A stretch of DNA of 64,000 nucleotides. It comes from Promethearchaeota archaeon (lineage in GTDB: Archaea; Asgardarchaeota; Lokiarchaeia; Sigyniarchaeales; SOKP01). Shown here piece by piece: positions 36,726 through 46,906 of the stretch. Positions within the stretch are counted from its first letter, which is position 1. The number at the start of each line of letters is the position of its first letter. The notes beneath the pieces are model-generated. The model had not been told where the DNA came from. It searched no databases and worked only from the letters and a program-made list of their open reading frames with translations. Made by a program: the position numbers and the translations under genes. Location: contig JBHLOG010000002.1 of assembly GCA_048940765.1 (NCBI GenBank), positions 20,254 through 84,253 of the forward strand, in the 5' to 3' direction.

Positions 36726-37787
36726 ATGGTAAAACCATTTTATTTATGTTCATTACAAGAACGAGCAGGAAAGAGTTTTCTTTCTATAGGGTTCATACAA
36801 AAGCTAAAAAAAGAAGGAAAAAAATTTGCTTACTTTAAACCTATTGGTGTTCCAAGAAGTGCTTTTACAAATAAAGCAGACCCAGATGTGGGCTTTATTT
36901 TGAATACAGTTTACCGTACAGATCATCCATATGATTTTATCTCTCCTGTATCGATTCCTGATGCATATTATGTTGATCTAGTTGATGCTGGTAAAAAGGA
37001 AGATTTTTTACAAAAAATACAAAAAGCATATGATAAAATTACTAAGGATATTGATTATGTTGTGATTGAAGGAAATCCTAGTATTAGAAAATTCATTAGA
37101 ATAGGACTTGATGATGTTAGTATAGCAGAATTGTTAGGTATAAATGAATTAATATATGTATCAATAGAATCTTCAGATCGTGCTATAGATAACATATTTT
37201 TTACAAAGAATTATTTTGAATTCCGTAAAAAGAGTATTCTGGGCATTCTTTTCAATAAAATTGATTATGAATATATCGAAAGGATCAAAGAACTTACAAA
37301 AGACCACATTACTAGATATAATATTCCTGTTTTAGGAATAGTAGAAAAAAGTATTGAACTATTCTCTCCTAGGGTAAATGAGTTAATGGAACAAATAGGA
37401 GGAGAATTAATTAATGAACCAGCAACAACAGGACTAAATAATCTTGTAGAAACTTACTTAATAGGTGCAATGAATGCCCAATCAGCATTAAAATATCTAA
37501 GACAAGTAAAAAAAGCAGCGTTTATAACAGGGGGCGATAGAACGGATCTTGCTATGGCTGCGTTAGATCAAAATGTTTCTACATTAATATTAACTGGTTT
37601 TATTCAACCAGATATGAGTGTAATTACATTAGCTAATAAAAAGGGGATTCCAATAATATTGAGTCCATCCGATACCTATACTACAATGAGAAATTTAGAA
37701 CGGTTAAAACCGGGAATTCAAGAAGATGAAATGGAAAAAGTTTTAGAATTAATCGAAGAAGAAATCGATTGGGATTTATTGTTATAA
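36726..37787 (+). CDS. BioD-like / DRTGG-domain protein (resembles the N-terminal regulatory part of long Pta)
   Basis: N-terminal AGKSF P-loop-like segment and the FITGGDRTDLAMAAL DRTGG motif. Directly downstream of the ACD gene. Confidence 0.65.
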   Translation: MVKPFYLCSLQERAGKSFLSIGFIQKLKKEGKKFAYFKPIGVPRSAFTNKADPDVGFILNTVYRTDHPYDFISPVSIPDAYYVDLVDAGKKEDFLQKIQKAYDKITKDIDYVVIEGNPSIRKFIRIGLDDVSIAELLGINELIYVSIESSDRAIDNIFFTKNYFEFRKKSILGILFNKIDYEYIERIKELTKDHITRYNIPVLGIVEKSIELFSPRVNELMEQIGGELINEPATTGLNNLVETYLIGAMNAQSALKYLRQVKKAAFITGGDRTDLAMAALDQNVSTLILTGFIQPDMSVITLANKKGIPIILSPSDTYTTMRNLERLKPGIQEDEMEKVLELIEEEIDWDLLL

Positions 37788-37901
37788 CCAAAGTTTTTCA
37801 TTGATTTACATTTTGAAATTTAACTTTTATCTTACAACTATAAGGGATTTTATAGATAATTATTCTATCAAGATAAATTATTAACTAAGTTATCATAAGA
37901 A

Positions 37902-38465
37902 ATGAGCATATTAACAAAACTAAAGTTATATTATAGAAGTCTAAAACCTATTTTATTATCTCATCATCCAAGTTGTGAAACATTTAGCGAACATGTCTTT
38001 AAATTAGGAAAATATAAATTATGCATAGGATGTTTTATAGGACATCCTACTGCAATTCTTGGAGTTATTCTTCTTTATTTTATAAATTTTATTATAAGTT
38101 TAAACCCAACATTACTTTTTTTAAGCGGTGTAATATTAATGGCTTCATTTCTCTTAAGTTCACTAAAACTAACTAGAAAAAGAATCATAAAAATCATTCA
38201 AAAGGTACTTTTCAATCTTGGTGGAGCCTTCATTTTCTGGTGGATTTTTACTTTTCCAAATCCTTTTATTATTAATTTTTTTTTATTTTTTTTCATATTT
38301 GGTATTTTATTATCATTAGTAAATGCATACCACGCATATAGTTTTTATAGAACATGTAAAAAATGTGAATTTTCATTTGATTGGGAGAATTGTCCAGGAT
38401 TTAAAGCACTATTTGAGTATTGTGAAATTAATAATTCACCAAATTTATTTAAAATTCATAAGTAA
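37902..38465 (+). CDS. Membrane protein with Cys motifs (DUF2085-like)
   Basis: HHPSCETFSEHVF...LCIGCFIGHP followed by 4 TM helices and a C-terminal CKKCEF...CPGF. Confidence 0.45.
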   Translation: MSILTKLKLYYRSLKPILLSHHPSCETFSEHVFKLGKYKLCIGCFIGHPTAILGVILLYFINFIISLNPTLLFLSGVILMASFLLSSLKLTRKRIIKIIQKVLFNLGGAFIFWWIFTFPNPFIINFFLFFFIFGILLSLVNAYHAYSFYRTCKKCEFSFDWENCPGFKALFEYCEINNSPNLFKIHK

Positions 38466-38607
38466 AGATAGAGAAGATTTAATTTTTTAAAATATAAATT
38501 TAATTATTCTTTTCTAATCAGCAAAATTATTTAATTTTATAATATTTCTAAAAAAAAAAAACAATTTACTTAGATTATTTATTCAATTCTATTAAAAGTG
38601 AATTAAA

Positions 38608-39792
38608 ATGATTTCAGACAGGATTAAATCAATTTCTTACGCAATTCGTGAAATTGCTGCTGTAGCAAATGAAGTTGAGAAGAGTGGTAAAAAAATATAT
38701 CATTTAAATATAGGGGATCCTGTTATATATGATTTTCACACCCCAAAATACATTTCACAAGCTTTGGCGGATGCATCCTTTAGTGGAAAAAATTTTTATG
38801 TAGATTCCTTAGGTGCTCCAGAATTAAGGGAGGAATTGAGCAAATCTTTAATGCAAAATTATAATCTTAATGTTAGTGCTGATAACATTTTAGTTACATC
38901 CGGAGTTACTGAAGCAATATTTTTTCTACTGGCAGCGCTTATTGAAAATAAAAATGAGATTCTCATCCCAGGACCAAGTTATCCATTATATATAAATTAT
39001 GCAAAATTTTTTGATGGAATACCAGTAGAATATGAATTAGACGAGAATGATGAATGGGAGCCTAACATTGACGATTTGAGGAAAAAAATAACAAATAAAA
39101 CAAAAGCAATTCTAATATGTTCTCCAAACAATCCTACAGGTTTAATGTATAGTGAAAAAAAAATACAACAAATAATAAATATTGCTGGTGAATTCAATCT
39201 TCCCATATTTTCAGATGAAATTTATGATCAAATTGTATATGAAAAACCTTTTACTTGCCCGGCGTGTCTAAGTAAAGATGTTCCAGTCATCGGATTAAAT
39301 GGATTTTCCAAGTCTCATTTAGCAACTGGTTGGAGATTAGGTTATCTTTATTATCACGATCCCGAAAATAAACTAAAAGAATTAAAAGACGGAATTGCTA
39401 AAATGGCACGTGCAAGATTATCAGCGAGTTCAATAGCACAATATGCCGCAATTGAAATATTGAAAAATCCTGGAACACATACCAAAGAAATGGTAAATAA
39501 ATTGAAAGAACGTAGGGATTATTCCTATGAGAGACTAAGGAAAATAGAAGGCATAACATGTGTTAAACCTACTGGTGCTTTTTACTTATTTCCAAAATTT
39601 GATTTCAATGAATTTGATAAATGGAAAAATGATAAAGACCTAACAATAGATCTCCTTAAAACCACTGGGATTTGTGGGGTATATGGTTCAGGATTTGGAG
39701 AATATGGAAATGATCATATAAGGTTTACGTTTTTACCAAATACAGAGATTTTAGAAACAGTATATAATTTACTTGAGGATTTTTTAAGTTAA
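38608..39792 (+). CDS. Class I/II PLP-dependent aminotransferase (Asp/Ala aminotransferase-like)
   Basis: SPNNPTG, the FSKSHLATGWRLGY PLP-lysine context, and C-terminal IRFTF. Confidence 0.85.
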   Translation: MISDRIKSISYAIREIAAVANEVEKSGKKIYHLNIGDPVIYDFHTPKYISQALADASFSGKNFYVDSLGAPELREELSKSLMQNYNLNVSADNILVTSGVTEAIFFLLAALIENKNEILIPGPSYPLYINYAKFFDGIPVEYELDENDEWEPNIDDLRKKITNKTKAILICSPNNPTGLMYSEKKIQQIINIAGEFNLPIFSDEIYDQIVYEKPFTCPACLSKDVPVIGLNGFSKSHLATGWRLGYLYYHDPENKLKELKDGIAKMARARLSASSIAQYAAIEILKNPGTHTKEMVNKLKERRDYSYERLRKIEGITCVKPTGAFYLFPKFDFNEFDKWKNDKDLTIDLLKTTGICGVYGSGFGEYGNDHIRFTFLPNTEILETVYNLLEDFLS

Positions 39793-39848
39793 TACGTTAA
39801 AATCACACCAAAATTAAATATTGGTTTAATCATATATATATTAGTTAA

Positions 39849-40136
39849 ATGGCGTTAGCAAAAGGAAAGGATCGAGTAAAAAAAGAAAGACGTCAAATTT
39901 ATATGGATTTAATATTAGGAATTATCTCAGGAGTAATAGCATTAATCTCTATTATTTTCGCTGCCATACTAGATTTGCTTAAAAATAAATTCATGTTTAT
40001 TGCTGGTTTATCATTTTGGGTTTGTTGGTTGATATATTCTTTTTTTTTGATGGGATTAGGAATTTATGCATGGTATAGTGATAAACATTTTGATGAAAAA
40101 CCACCACGAAAAGATTTGAGACCTCCAATAATATAA
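39849..40136 (+). CDS. Small membrane protein (95 aa)
   Basis: ORF with two hydrophobic helices. Confidence 0.4.
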   Translation: MALAKGKDRVKKERRQIYMDLILGIISGVIALISIIFAAILDLLKNKFMFIAGLSFWVCWLIYSFFLMGLGIYAWYSDKHFDEKPPRKDLRPPII

Positions 40137-40299
40137 TTTCTTTACCTATTAAGTGGATTCATTTCAAATCATTTTTTATAAAATAAGTATTAGTAAAGTA
40201 TTTCTCTCTTGAATGATTTAAATTTCTTAAAGATAAGCTTTATATACAAATTTGTCTTATAATTGTAATACAGAAAATTGTTTATTTATTTTAAAAAAA

Positions 40300-40434
40300 G
40301 GGGTGAATTATAGAGTTATACGTATATACAATGTACTAAAAAAGCAAATGACAACATTATGCTCATGATTAAGTACATTAAATACTAAAAACGGGAAAAC
40401 AATCATTCCTTTTGAAAAAATCTATAATCACCCC
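40300..40434. ncRNA. Candidate structured RNA or miniature inverted-repeat element (nested inverted repeats)
   Basis: GGGGTGAATTATAGA (40300-40314) pairs with TCTATAATCACCCC (40421-40434), 14 bp with one bulge. An inner 8-bp stem is AATGTACT (40330-40337)/AGTACATT (40372-40379). It lies in a 727-nt gene-free gap. Confidence 0.2.
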
Positions 40435-40863
40435 ACCCTCAAAGATAAAATCAAATCGTTTTTATTAATTTTAAAAATATCTTAAGAAATGCTTATTTAA
40501 AGGAAGGGAAAAAGTAATCGCTAATTTGATTATTTATTATTTAAAATTAAGATTCTAAAATTCAATATTGTCGAAACTTTTCACAGGTTTTTCGATTTGA
40601 CGATTTAAAATGATATCTATATATCATATTAAAAAATAAAATAGCTTGACAATTAATTTTTAGGATCTCACAAATTTTCTTACATACAAAATATTTTCAA
40701 TGAAGGTATTAGATTTAATTAATTAATGGGTCTAAGAAACAGAGAAAAATTATAATCAAGATAATTTGTGGGGAATATCATCACAAAAAATTAATAAAAT
40801 AAATGAGCTTAAAAATAAGTCTTAAGTTTAAATATTTAGAGTATAAGAAGAAACTAATAAAAG

Positions 40864-41178
40864 ATGAAAATTAACAAGAATAGCGAAGATTTAGAGTTAG
40901 ATTTATATTTGAAAATAATTAATTGTTTTCAAAATGAGAGTGTTAGTCGAGAGAAGAAAGAAATTTGGAAAAATCAATCGATAATTAAACTCATGAATCT
41001 ACTCGAAAGCACCCAGAATCGACCATTGGTTACAAATGCTCTTATTATATTACTCTCTCTGTTTGAGAACGTCCCCCCTGATACTTATAATAATCGTGGA
41101 ATTAATTCTAGTCATATCTCCGGAAATGATAAAAAATTATTAATGAAAGAACTAATGGATGAATTTTTACCTAATTAA
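40864..41178 (+). CDS. Hypothetical protein (104 aa)
   Basis: ORF only. Confidence 0.35.
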   Translation: MKINKNSEDLELDLYLKIINCFQNESVSREKKEIWKNQSIIKLMNLLESTQNRPLVTNALIILLSLFENVPPDTYNNRGINSSHISGNDKKLLMKELMDEFLPN

Positions 41179-41456
41179 TTAAATATATAAGTACAATTTT
41201 AACATCAATTCGCTTTTAAGTCTTTTGAAAAATAAGGTTATTAAATAAATTTCCCTTTTTATATAAATAAGCAGAAGAGAGAAAAGTTTAAAAACTATTT
41301 TTATATTCTTATGGAAAGCTATTTAAATTCTGATACACTATTCAATAAAATAGTAAATCTGAGTAAGGGGATGACCTTATTATTCTATAACCTCAATTAG
41401 AAGTAGAAAATATCGATGAGTCATTATTTTATAAACATCTCAGTAAATTTAGTTGT

Positions 41457-42764
41457 TTGATGATAGGAATAGGAGGGCTTATTGGAGGAGGTATTTTTAG
41501 TGTAATAGGCGTAATATCAAATTTTACTGGTCCTTATTCATATATATCTTATTTAATCACTGGTATCATTGCTTTATTCACTGTTTATTCATATCAGAAG
41601 TTGACTTCTAAGTGGTGTAATCCTGGTGGTGAATATACCTGTGTTCAAGGTGCTCTGGTTGGAAGTAAATTTCAGAATTTAGGTCTCTTTATTGGAATTT
41701 TATTGATTTTTGGCTATGTTGCCAGTATGGCGCTTTATTCATATACTTTTAGTATTTATTTTCTTTTATTATTCAATATTAGACCTAATTTTCTTTCAAT
41801 TACTCTAATAATTTGTCTTTTGTTTACTTTTTTTATTTTCGTAAATTTAAAAGGAGTAAAAGAATCTTCTAGAGTACAGAATTTATTTGTTTTAATTAAA
41901 GTCATCATTTTAATCATATTCTCTATATTTGGGATTAGATTTGCACTCCAAAATCCTATCCAATTAATAACCAATGTGGGCTTCAATTTAGAATCATTTG
42001 GTAATATCAATTTTGCCGGTATAATATTAGGAAGTTCTTTAATAATTGTATCTTACCAAGGTTTTCAATTAATTACATATGGTGCGTATGAAATGGAAAA
42101 TAAAGAGGCTGGATTAAAAATGATGAAATGATCAATTGCTATTTCTATATTTATTTACTTTTTTGTTGCTTTTACCGCAGTTGCAGTTTTAGGTGTGTCT
42201 GAATTAATTGGTGAACATGTTCATGATGCTGAAGTAGCAATAGCAATAGCTGCCTTAAATTTTTTGGGCAATTATGGAATGGCGATAATTATAATAGGGG
42301 CGTTATTATCCACTGCTAGTGCTTTAAATGCCACATTGTTAGGGTCTTCCCGTTTGACCTATATGATGGCTAAAGACGGTATAATTCCTAATTCCCTTTC
42401 AAAGATTAGTAAAAGCAAAGTCCCTTACATTTCTATTATTATAATAGGAATATTGAGTACTACCCTTACAATTGTAACAGGAGGTGCTTTAGCAATAGCC
42501 GGTGTTGCTGGATTAATTTTTGCCCAGATATTTCTAATAATTAATTTTACTAATTTTAAAGTTCGGAAACAGACAAATAGTAAAGTTATTTATCCATTAA
42601 TCGGAATGATATTTACTTTTTCTTTCTTTTTGATCTTAATTATCTATAATATTATAAATATTAAAAAAGAAATATTCTCTTTGTTATCCTTTTTACTGAT
42701 TGAAGGATATAGCTTATTTTTTGTAATTCACATAAATCATAAAAATAGTTTAAAGAAATTATAG
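41457..42764 (+). pseudogene. APC-family amino acid permease interrupted by a single in-frame TGA (42129-42131)
   Basis: ORFs 41457-42131 and 42195-42764 are in the same frame, and the 63 nt between them are open (SIAISIFIYFFVAFTAVAVLG). N-terminal MIGIGGLIGGGIF is the APC signature. About 12 TM in total if joined. Confidence 0.6.
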
Positions 42765-42765
42765 A

Positions 42766-42799
42766 CTTTTGTAAAAAATTTAGAGAAATTTTACAAAAG
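42766..42799 (+). terminator. Perfect 11-bp hairpin immediately after the permease stop
   Basis: CTTTTGTAAAA (42766-42776), loop AATTTAGAGAAA, TTTTACAAAAG (42789-42799). Confidence 0.25.
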
Positions 42800-42920
42800 C
42801 ACGAAACAATCATTTAAATTTATAAAATTTTATCATAATTATATAAGAATATATTTTGCATTCTTTAATTAACTGGGATATAATTGTAGAAAAAAATAAC
42901 AGTAATTAGATGTATTTTTT

Positions 42921-45900
42921 ATGATCAAGTTAAAAATTTATAAAAAAAAGAAATTTCTCTTTTTAATTACGATTTTAATCTTCATATCGTTAACTACGAT
43001 ATTAATTAATTTAAATCTGAATCAGAATTCAGTTAATAAAATAAAAAAAGAAGTTATTAACCTAGAATCTCATCTTGAAAATCTAAAATCCCATAATTTA
43101 GCTTCAGATAATACATATAGTGGGATTGGAGCACCTTGGAATGTGACACATTGGGCGAATCGAACGGATTACAACTTGCCAATAAGCTTTACGAATAATT
43201 CCTATGATGTAGAGGAGATCCCTTTAGGAATTGGTTGGAATGGCTACAAATTAAATGCTACAATAAAAGATTTATATGATACTCGAAACTGGTGTAATGG
43301 CACATTCAATTATGGGAATAGTGACGCTATTTTAACTCCTGATAATGATACAGAATGGATAGAAAATAACTTTCAAAACTGGTCTTTTGCTGAAAATGAT
43401 GTGATTTCATGGGGCATCAATCCTATGAGTGGAAATTATCTTAATACTACAGATGCCGATACTGATGGTCATGATTGTTTGGAGTTAAGAATTGATGGAG
43501 ATTATGATAATCCAACTAAGGCTTATTACTATGATGGAGGAGATAAATGTTCGTGGAATAGCGCTATTGATATACCTAGAGGTAAATTAATTTATAGTGA
43601 ATTAAAATTTGATGTAAAACCAAACCATTTAATGGAATTTAATGATGTTGCTTTTTCTATTTATTTGAATAATGAAAAAGTCTATTCTAAAGGTGCTTAT
43701 GATTTGAATCAATCTTGTGGAGGAGAATATTGGAAATCTTTGAAAATTCCTATGGGTCTTTGGTCAAATACTTCAAATATATTTACAGATCCTGTGAATA
43801 ACTCAGCAATAAATATTAGTATTGTGTTAGAACAATTGGTATATTGCGGTTATGATGAGGGTTTTATCAATTGTGATTATCAACAATTGTTTATTGATAA
43901 TATAGAATTGATAGTTAAGGCAAAAGTAAAACCATCTCAGATCCAGTTAAAGATGAATTCATTATTTGTGGAGAATATAGATTGGGGTAAAGGAACTGTA
44001 GAGATAGAGGAAAATATGGAGGGAAGTACAGTTTATGCGAACTTTAGTTGTAATGATGTTGGGGAATTAGGAGACTATAAAATCGATTTAAAAACAGATT
44101 TAAATCTATATGCGAGAAAAGATATTCCGGAAACTAATTATGAAACAAATGCAGGTTCACTAGGAACTAGTTTCTATGTTAATAATAATAGTGTAGTAAA
44201 TTGGGAGTTTTACACATACTTTTCTGTTCCAACGGGATATGAAGAAAGTGAAATGAGACTTGATTTTCCCTCAGATATAACTCTAACTTGGGTATCTGAA
44301 CCTCAAGATCCAAGTACTAATAGATTAAGTGAATGTGATACTTCAATACAAGGACTTCTTATAATTCCAGTTAATAATATTTCATTAACTCCAGATGGAT
44401 TTTGGAAATTTCAAGCCACATCTCCAAATTATTGTGAACAAATAAATATTTTTAATAATGTCACAGGGTCATGGATCATTGCTAACCAATTTCTAAGTGG
44501 AGATTACATTAATATAACGGCTAAAATATCTGATCCAGCAATTATTTCAGGATATATTCATCAAACACAGGCTCAACTTCAAATAAGATTTCCTAATAGC
44601 ACAATTTGGACTTCTCAGAATCAAATTAAATCACCTGATGCTAATGGATATGTATATTTTGATTCTCTTTGTATTCCAAGTACACCACCTTACTACGAAG
44701 TAGGAGAATATGAAGCAATTATCACATGGAATAACTCCTATGCTTCTTATGGTTTAAACGAAACAGGAATAATATATGAAAAATTTTTTGTAATTCATAA
44801 TTCGATCCTATTACCTGATCAAGATTTTTATGAAGATATTTTTGAAGAGGATACAATAAATCTAGGAGTATCATTCAATGATTTAGAAAATTTTGATGCT
44901 ATAATAGATGCAGATGTCTATTTAGACGATTTTCTTGGTTCTAAACAATATTTTAGTGAAACAAGCCCTGGTTATTATTTTATTGTGTTTAATACTACGG
45001 GTGGTGTTGCTGGGAATAATAATATAACGATTTATGCTAATTCTTCCTTATATATTAATAATCAAGTCAATATAACCATAGAACTAATTCAAGCAACGAC
45101 TCTTACTGCCGAAGAATACCCAAACATTCAGGTTGTGTGGAATGATAATTTCACTATTCATCTTAATTATACAACAAAATCTTCTGGAATGGGTATTTCA
45201 ACTATTCCTACAAATAATTGGATTGATAATACTTATACAGTAGAATTAAGTCCAGGAGAATATACTATTATATGTAATACTTCTGCATATGAAGTAAATA
45301 AGTTTCATTCACTAATTATTTACGCAGATGCAGAGGGGTATGAATCAAAAAATATAATTATAGGAGTTCTTATAACTAATAGACAGGCAAATATGTCAGT
45401 ATTTATTGATTCATTAAAAATTCAAGAAAATGATCTAATAGAAAAATCATTTAATGATAAATTTTCTATTTCTGTAAGAATTTCTGATACTATAACTGAA
45501 ACCTACTTACCTGATGAAGATTTAACATTAAAATGTAAAGATTATTTAGTAAATATACCATATTCAGGTGATTTCTGGTATAATATTTCACTTGATTGTT
45601 CTCCTTCTAAATTCATTTTAGGAAGGAATCTCATTGATATTAGTCTTAAAAAGGATAACTACAATTTATGTAGTTACTCGTTTCACTTATTTATAAATCA
45701 AATTGAAATCAATATTATACCAATTAATTTTGAAGATTCATTAAATGCTGAGATTGGACAAACTATCAATATACAAATAAAACTTTTGGATCCAATGACT
45801 AATAATTCTATTGAAAATGTTTCTGTAAGTTATTCATGGGACTATGGTTTAGGTACATTGAATGAAACAGATCCTGGACTTTTTCAAACTTTCATCAAGT

Positions 45901-46850
45901 TACCTGAAAATTTAAGGGGGAATTATAAATTTAATCTTATTATAATTCCTGAAAATTCAACTTATAAGACGATGCAATATTCATTTATCGTTGTTATTGG
46001 TGAGCCTATTATTGGTGGATCAGGATTTCCAAATTATTTATTATGGATTATTATAGGGATTTTAATAAGCGTAGCGAGTGTTCTAGGTGCTTTAAGTTTA
46101 AGATCTTACGTTATTCTGCCACGAAGACGTAAAAAGGAAGCGGAATTACTATCAAAAGCTCAGAAATTTAAAGATCTTAATAATATACAAGCTATTGTAA
46201 TAGTTCATAGGTTAAGTGGAATTCCTCTCTTTTCAAAAAGTTATTCAATTTTAGAGAAACACAAAAAGGAATTATTTTCAGGATTTATCCAAGCTATCAC
46301 TACAATTGGAGAAGAATTTACAGAACGAGAGGTTGTTAAATTAGATGAGACGGAATCAGAAAAAACTTATGGTGTTGAAAAAATTATTGAATTAGACTTT
46401 AAACAATTTTATTGTTTAATTGCAGATATAGAAGACATACGTGTTGTGTTTATTCTTAAGGAAAAATCCTCCGAGCGTTTAAAAAGTCAAGTATCACATC
46501 TTTTACTAGCTCTTAATCTAAAATTATCGAAAGAATTAGAAAACTGGGATGGCTCTTTGGATGAATTTGAAATACTAATACCACAAATATTAAATGAATA
46601 TTTTGAACTATATTATAAGGATTCATTCAAATTACCTGATGATTTAAATTTCATTAAATTGAAGAAAGACAAAAGTATAACGAAAATGGAAATGCGTGTA
46701 ATAAATGTTATTCAATCAATGTCAAAAGATAATACAATTCCTAATTTAAATAATATAATTGAATTAGTCCATGAGGAAAATAAAGACTTAATTATAGTAG
46801 CAATTGAATCATTAATTAGAAAAGGACTAATTTTACCCTTAAATAACTAA
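42921..46850 (+). CDS. Giant surface protein with one TM and a cytoplasmic roadblock/longin-like + winged-helix tail
   Basis: N-terminal signal anchor, and a ~1000-aa beta-rich exodomain with very many NxS/T sequons. TM is YLLWIIIGILISVASVLGALSL (~46030-46100). The cytoplasmic tail has IQAIVIVHRLSGIPLFSKSYS...LFSGFIQAITTIGEEF and a C-terminal wHTH-like segment. Confidence 0.8.
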   Translation: MIKLKIYKKKKFLFLITILIFISLTTILINLNLNQNSVNKIKKEVINLESHLENLKSHNLASDNTYSGIGAPWNVTHWANRTDYNLPISFTNNSYDVEEIPLGIGWNGYKLNATIKDLYDTRNWCNGTFNYGNSDAILTPDNDTEWIENNFQNWSFAENDVISWGINPMSGNYLNTTDADTDGHDCLELRIDGDYDNPTKAYYYDGGDKCSWNSAIDIPRGKLIYSELKFDVKPNHLMEFNDVAFSIYLNNEKVYSKGAYDLNQSCGGEYWKSLKIPMGLWSNTSNIFTDPVNNSAINISIVLEQLVYCGYDEGFINCDYQQLFIDNIELIVKAKVKPSQIQLKMNSLFVENIDWGKGTVEIEENMEGSTVYANFSCNDVGELGDYKIDLKTDLNLYARKDIPETNYETNAGSLGTSFYVNNNSVVNWEFYTYFSVPTGYEESEMRLDFPSDITLTWVSEPQDPSTNRLSECDTSIQGLLIIPVNNISLTPDGFWKFQATSPNYCEQINIFNNVTGSWIIANQFLSGDYINITAKISDPAIISGYIHQTQAQLQIRFPNSTIWTSQNQIKSPDANGYVYFDSLCIPSTPPYYEVGEYEAIITWNNSYASYGLNETGIIYEKFFVIHNSILLPDQDFYEDIFEEDTINLGVSFNDLENFDAIIDADVYLDDFLGSKQYFSETSPGYYFIVFNTTGGVAGNNNITIYANSSLYINNQVNITIELIQATTLTAEEYPNIQVVWNDNFTIHLNYTTKSSGMGISTIPTNNWIDNTYTVELSPGEYTIICNTSAYEVNKFHSLIIYADAEGYESKNIIIGVLITNRQANMSVFIDSLKIQENDLIEKSFNDKFSISVRISDTITETYLPDEDLTLKCKDYLVNIPYSGDFWYNISLDCSPSKFILGRNLIDISLKKDNYNLCSYSFHLFINQIEINIIPINFEDSLNAEIGQTINIQIKLLDPMTNNSIENVSVSYSWDYGLGTLNETDPGLFQTFIKLPENLRGNYKFNLIIIPENSTYKTMQYSFIVVIGEPIIGGSGFPNYLLWIIIGILISVASVLGALSLRSYVILPRRRKKEAELLSKAQKFKDLNNIQAIVIVHRLSGIPLFSKSYSILEKHKKELFSGFIQAITTIGEEFTEREVVKLDETESEKTYGVEKIIELDFKQFYCLIADIEDIRVVFILKEKSSERLKSQVSHLLLALNLKLSKELENWDGSLDEFEILIPQILNEYFELYYKDSFKLPDDLNFIKLKKDKSITKMEMRVINVIQSMSKDNTIPNLNNIIELVHEENKDLIIVAIESLIRKGLILPLNN

Positions 46851-46906
46851 ATTTTTACGAAACCCATTATTTTTTTTCTATTTTATCTTTTTTTACTATA
46901 AGAAAT

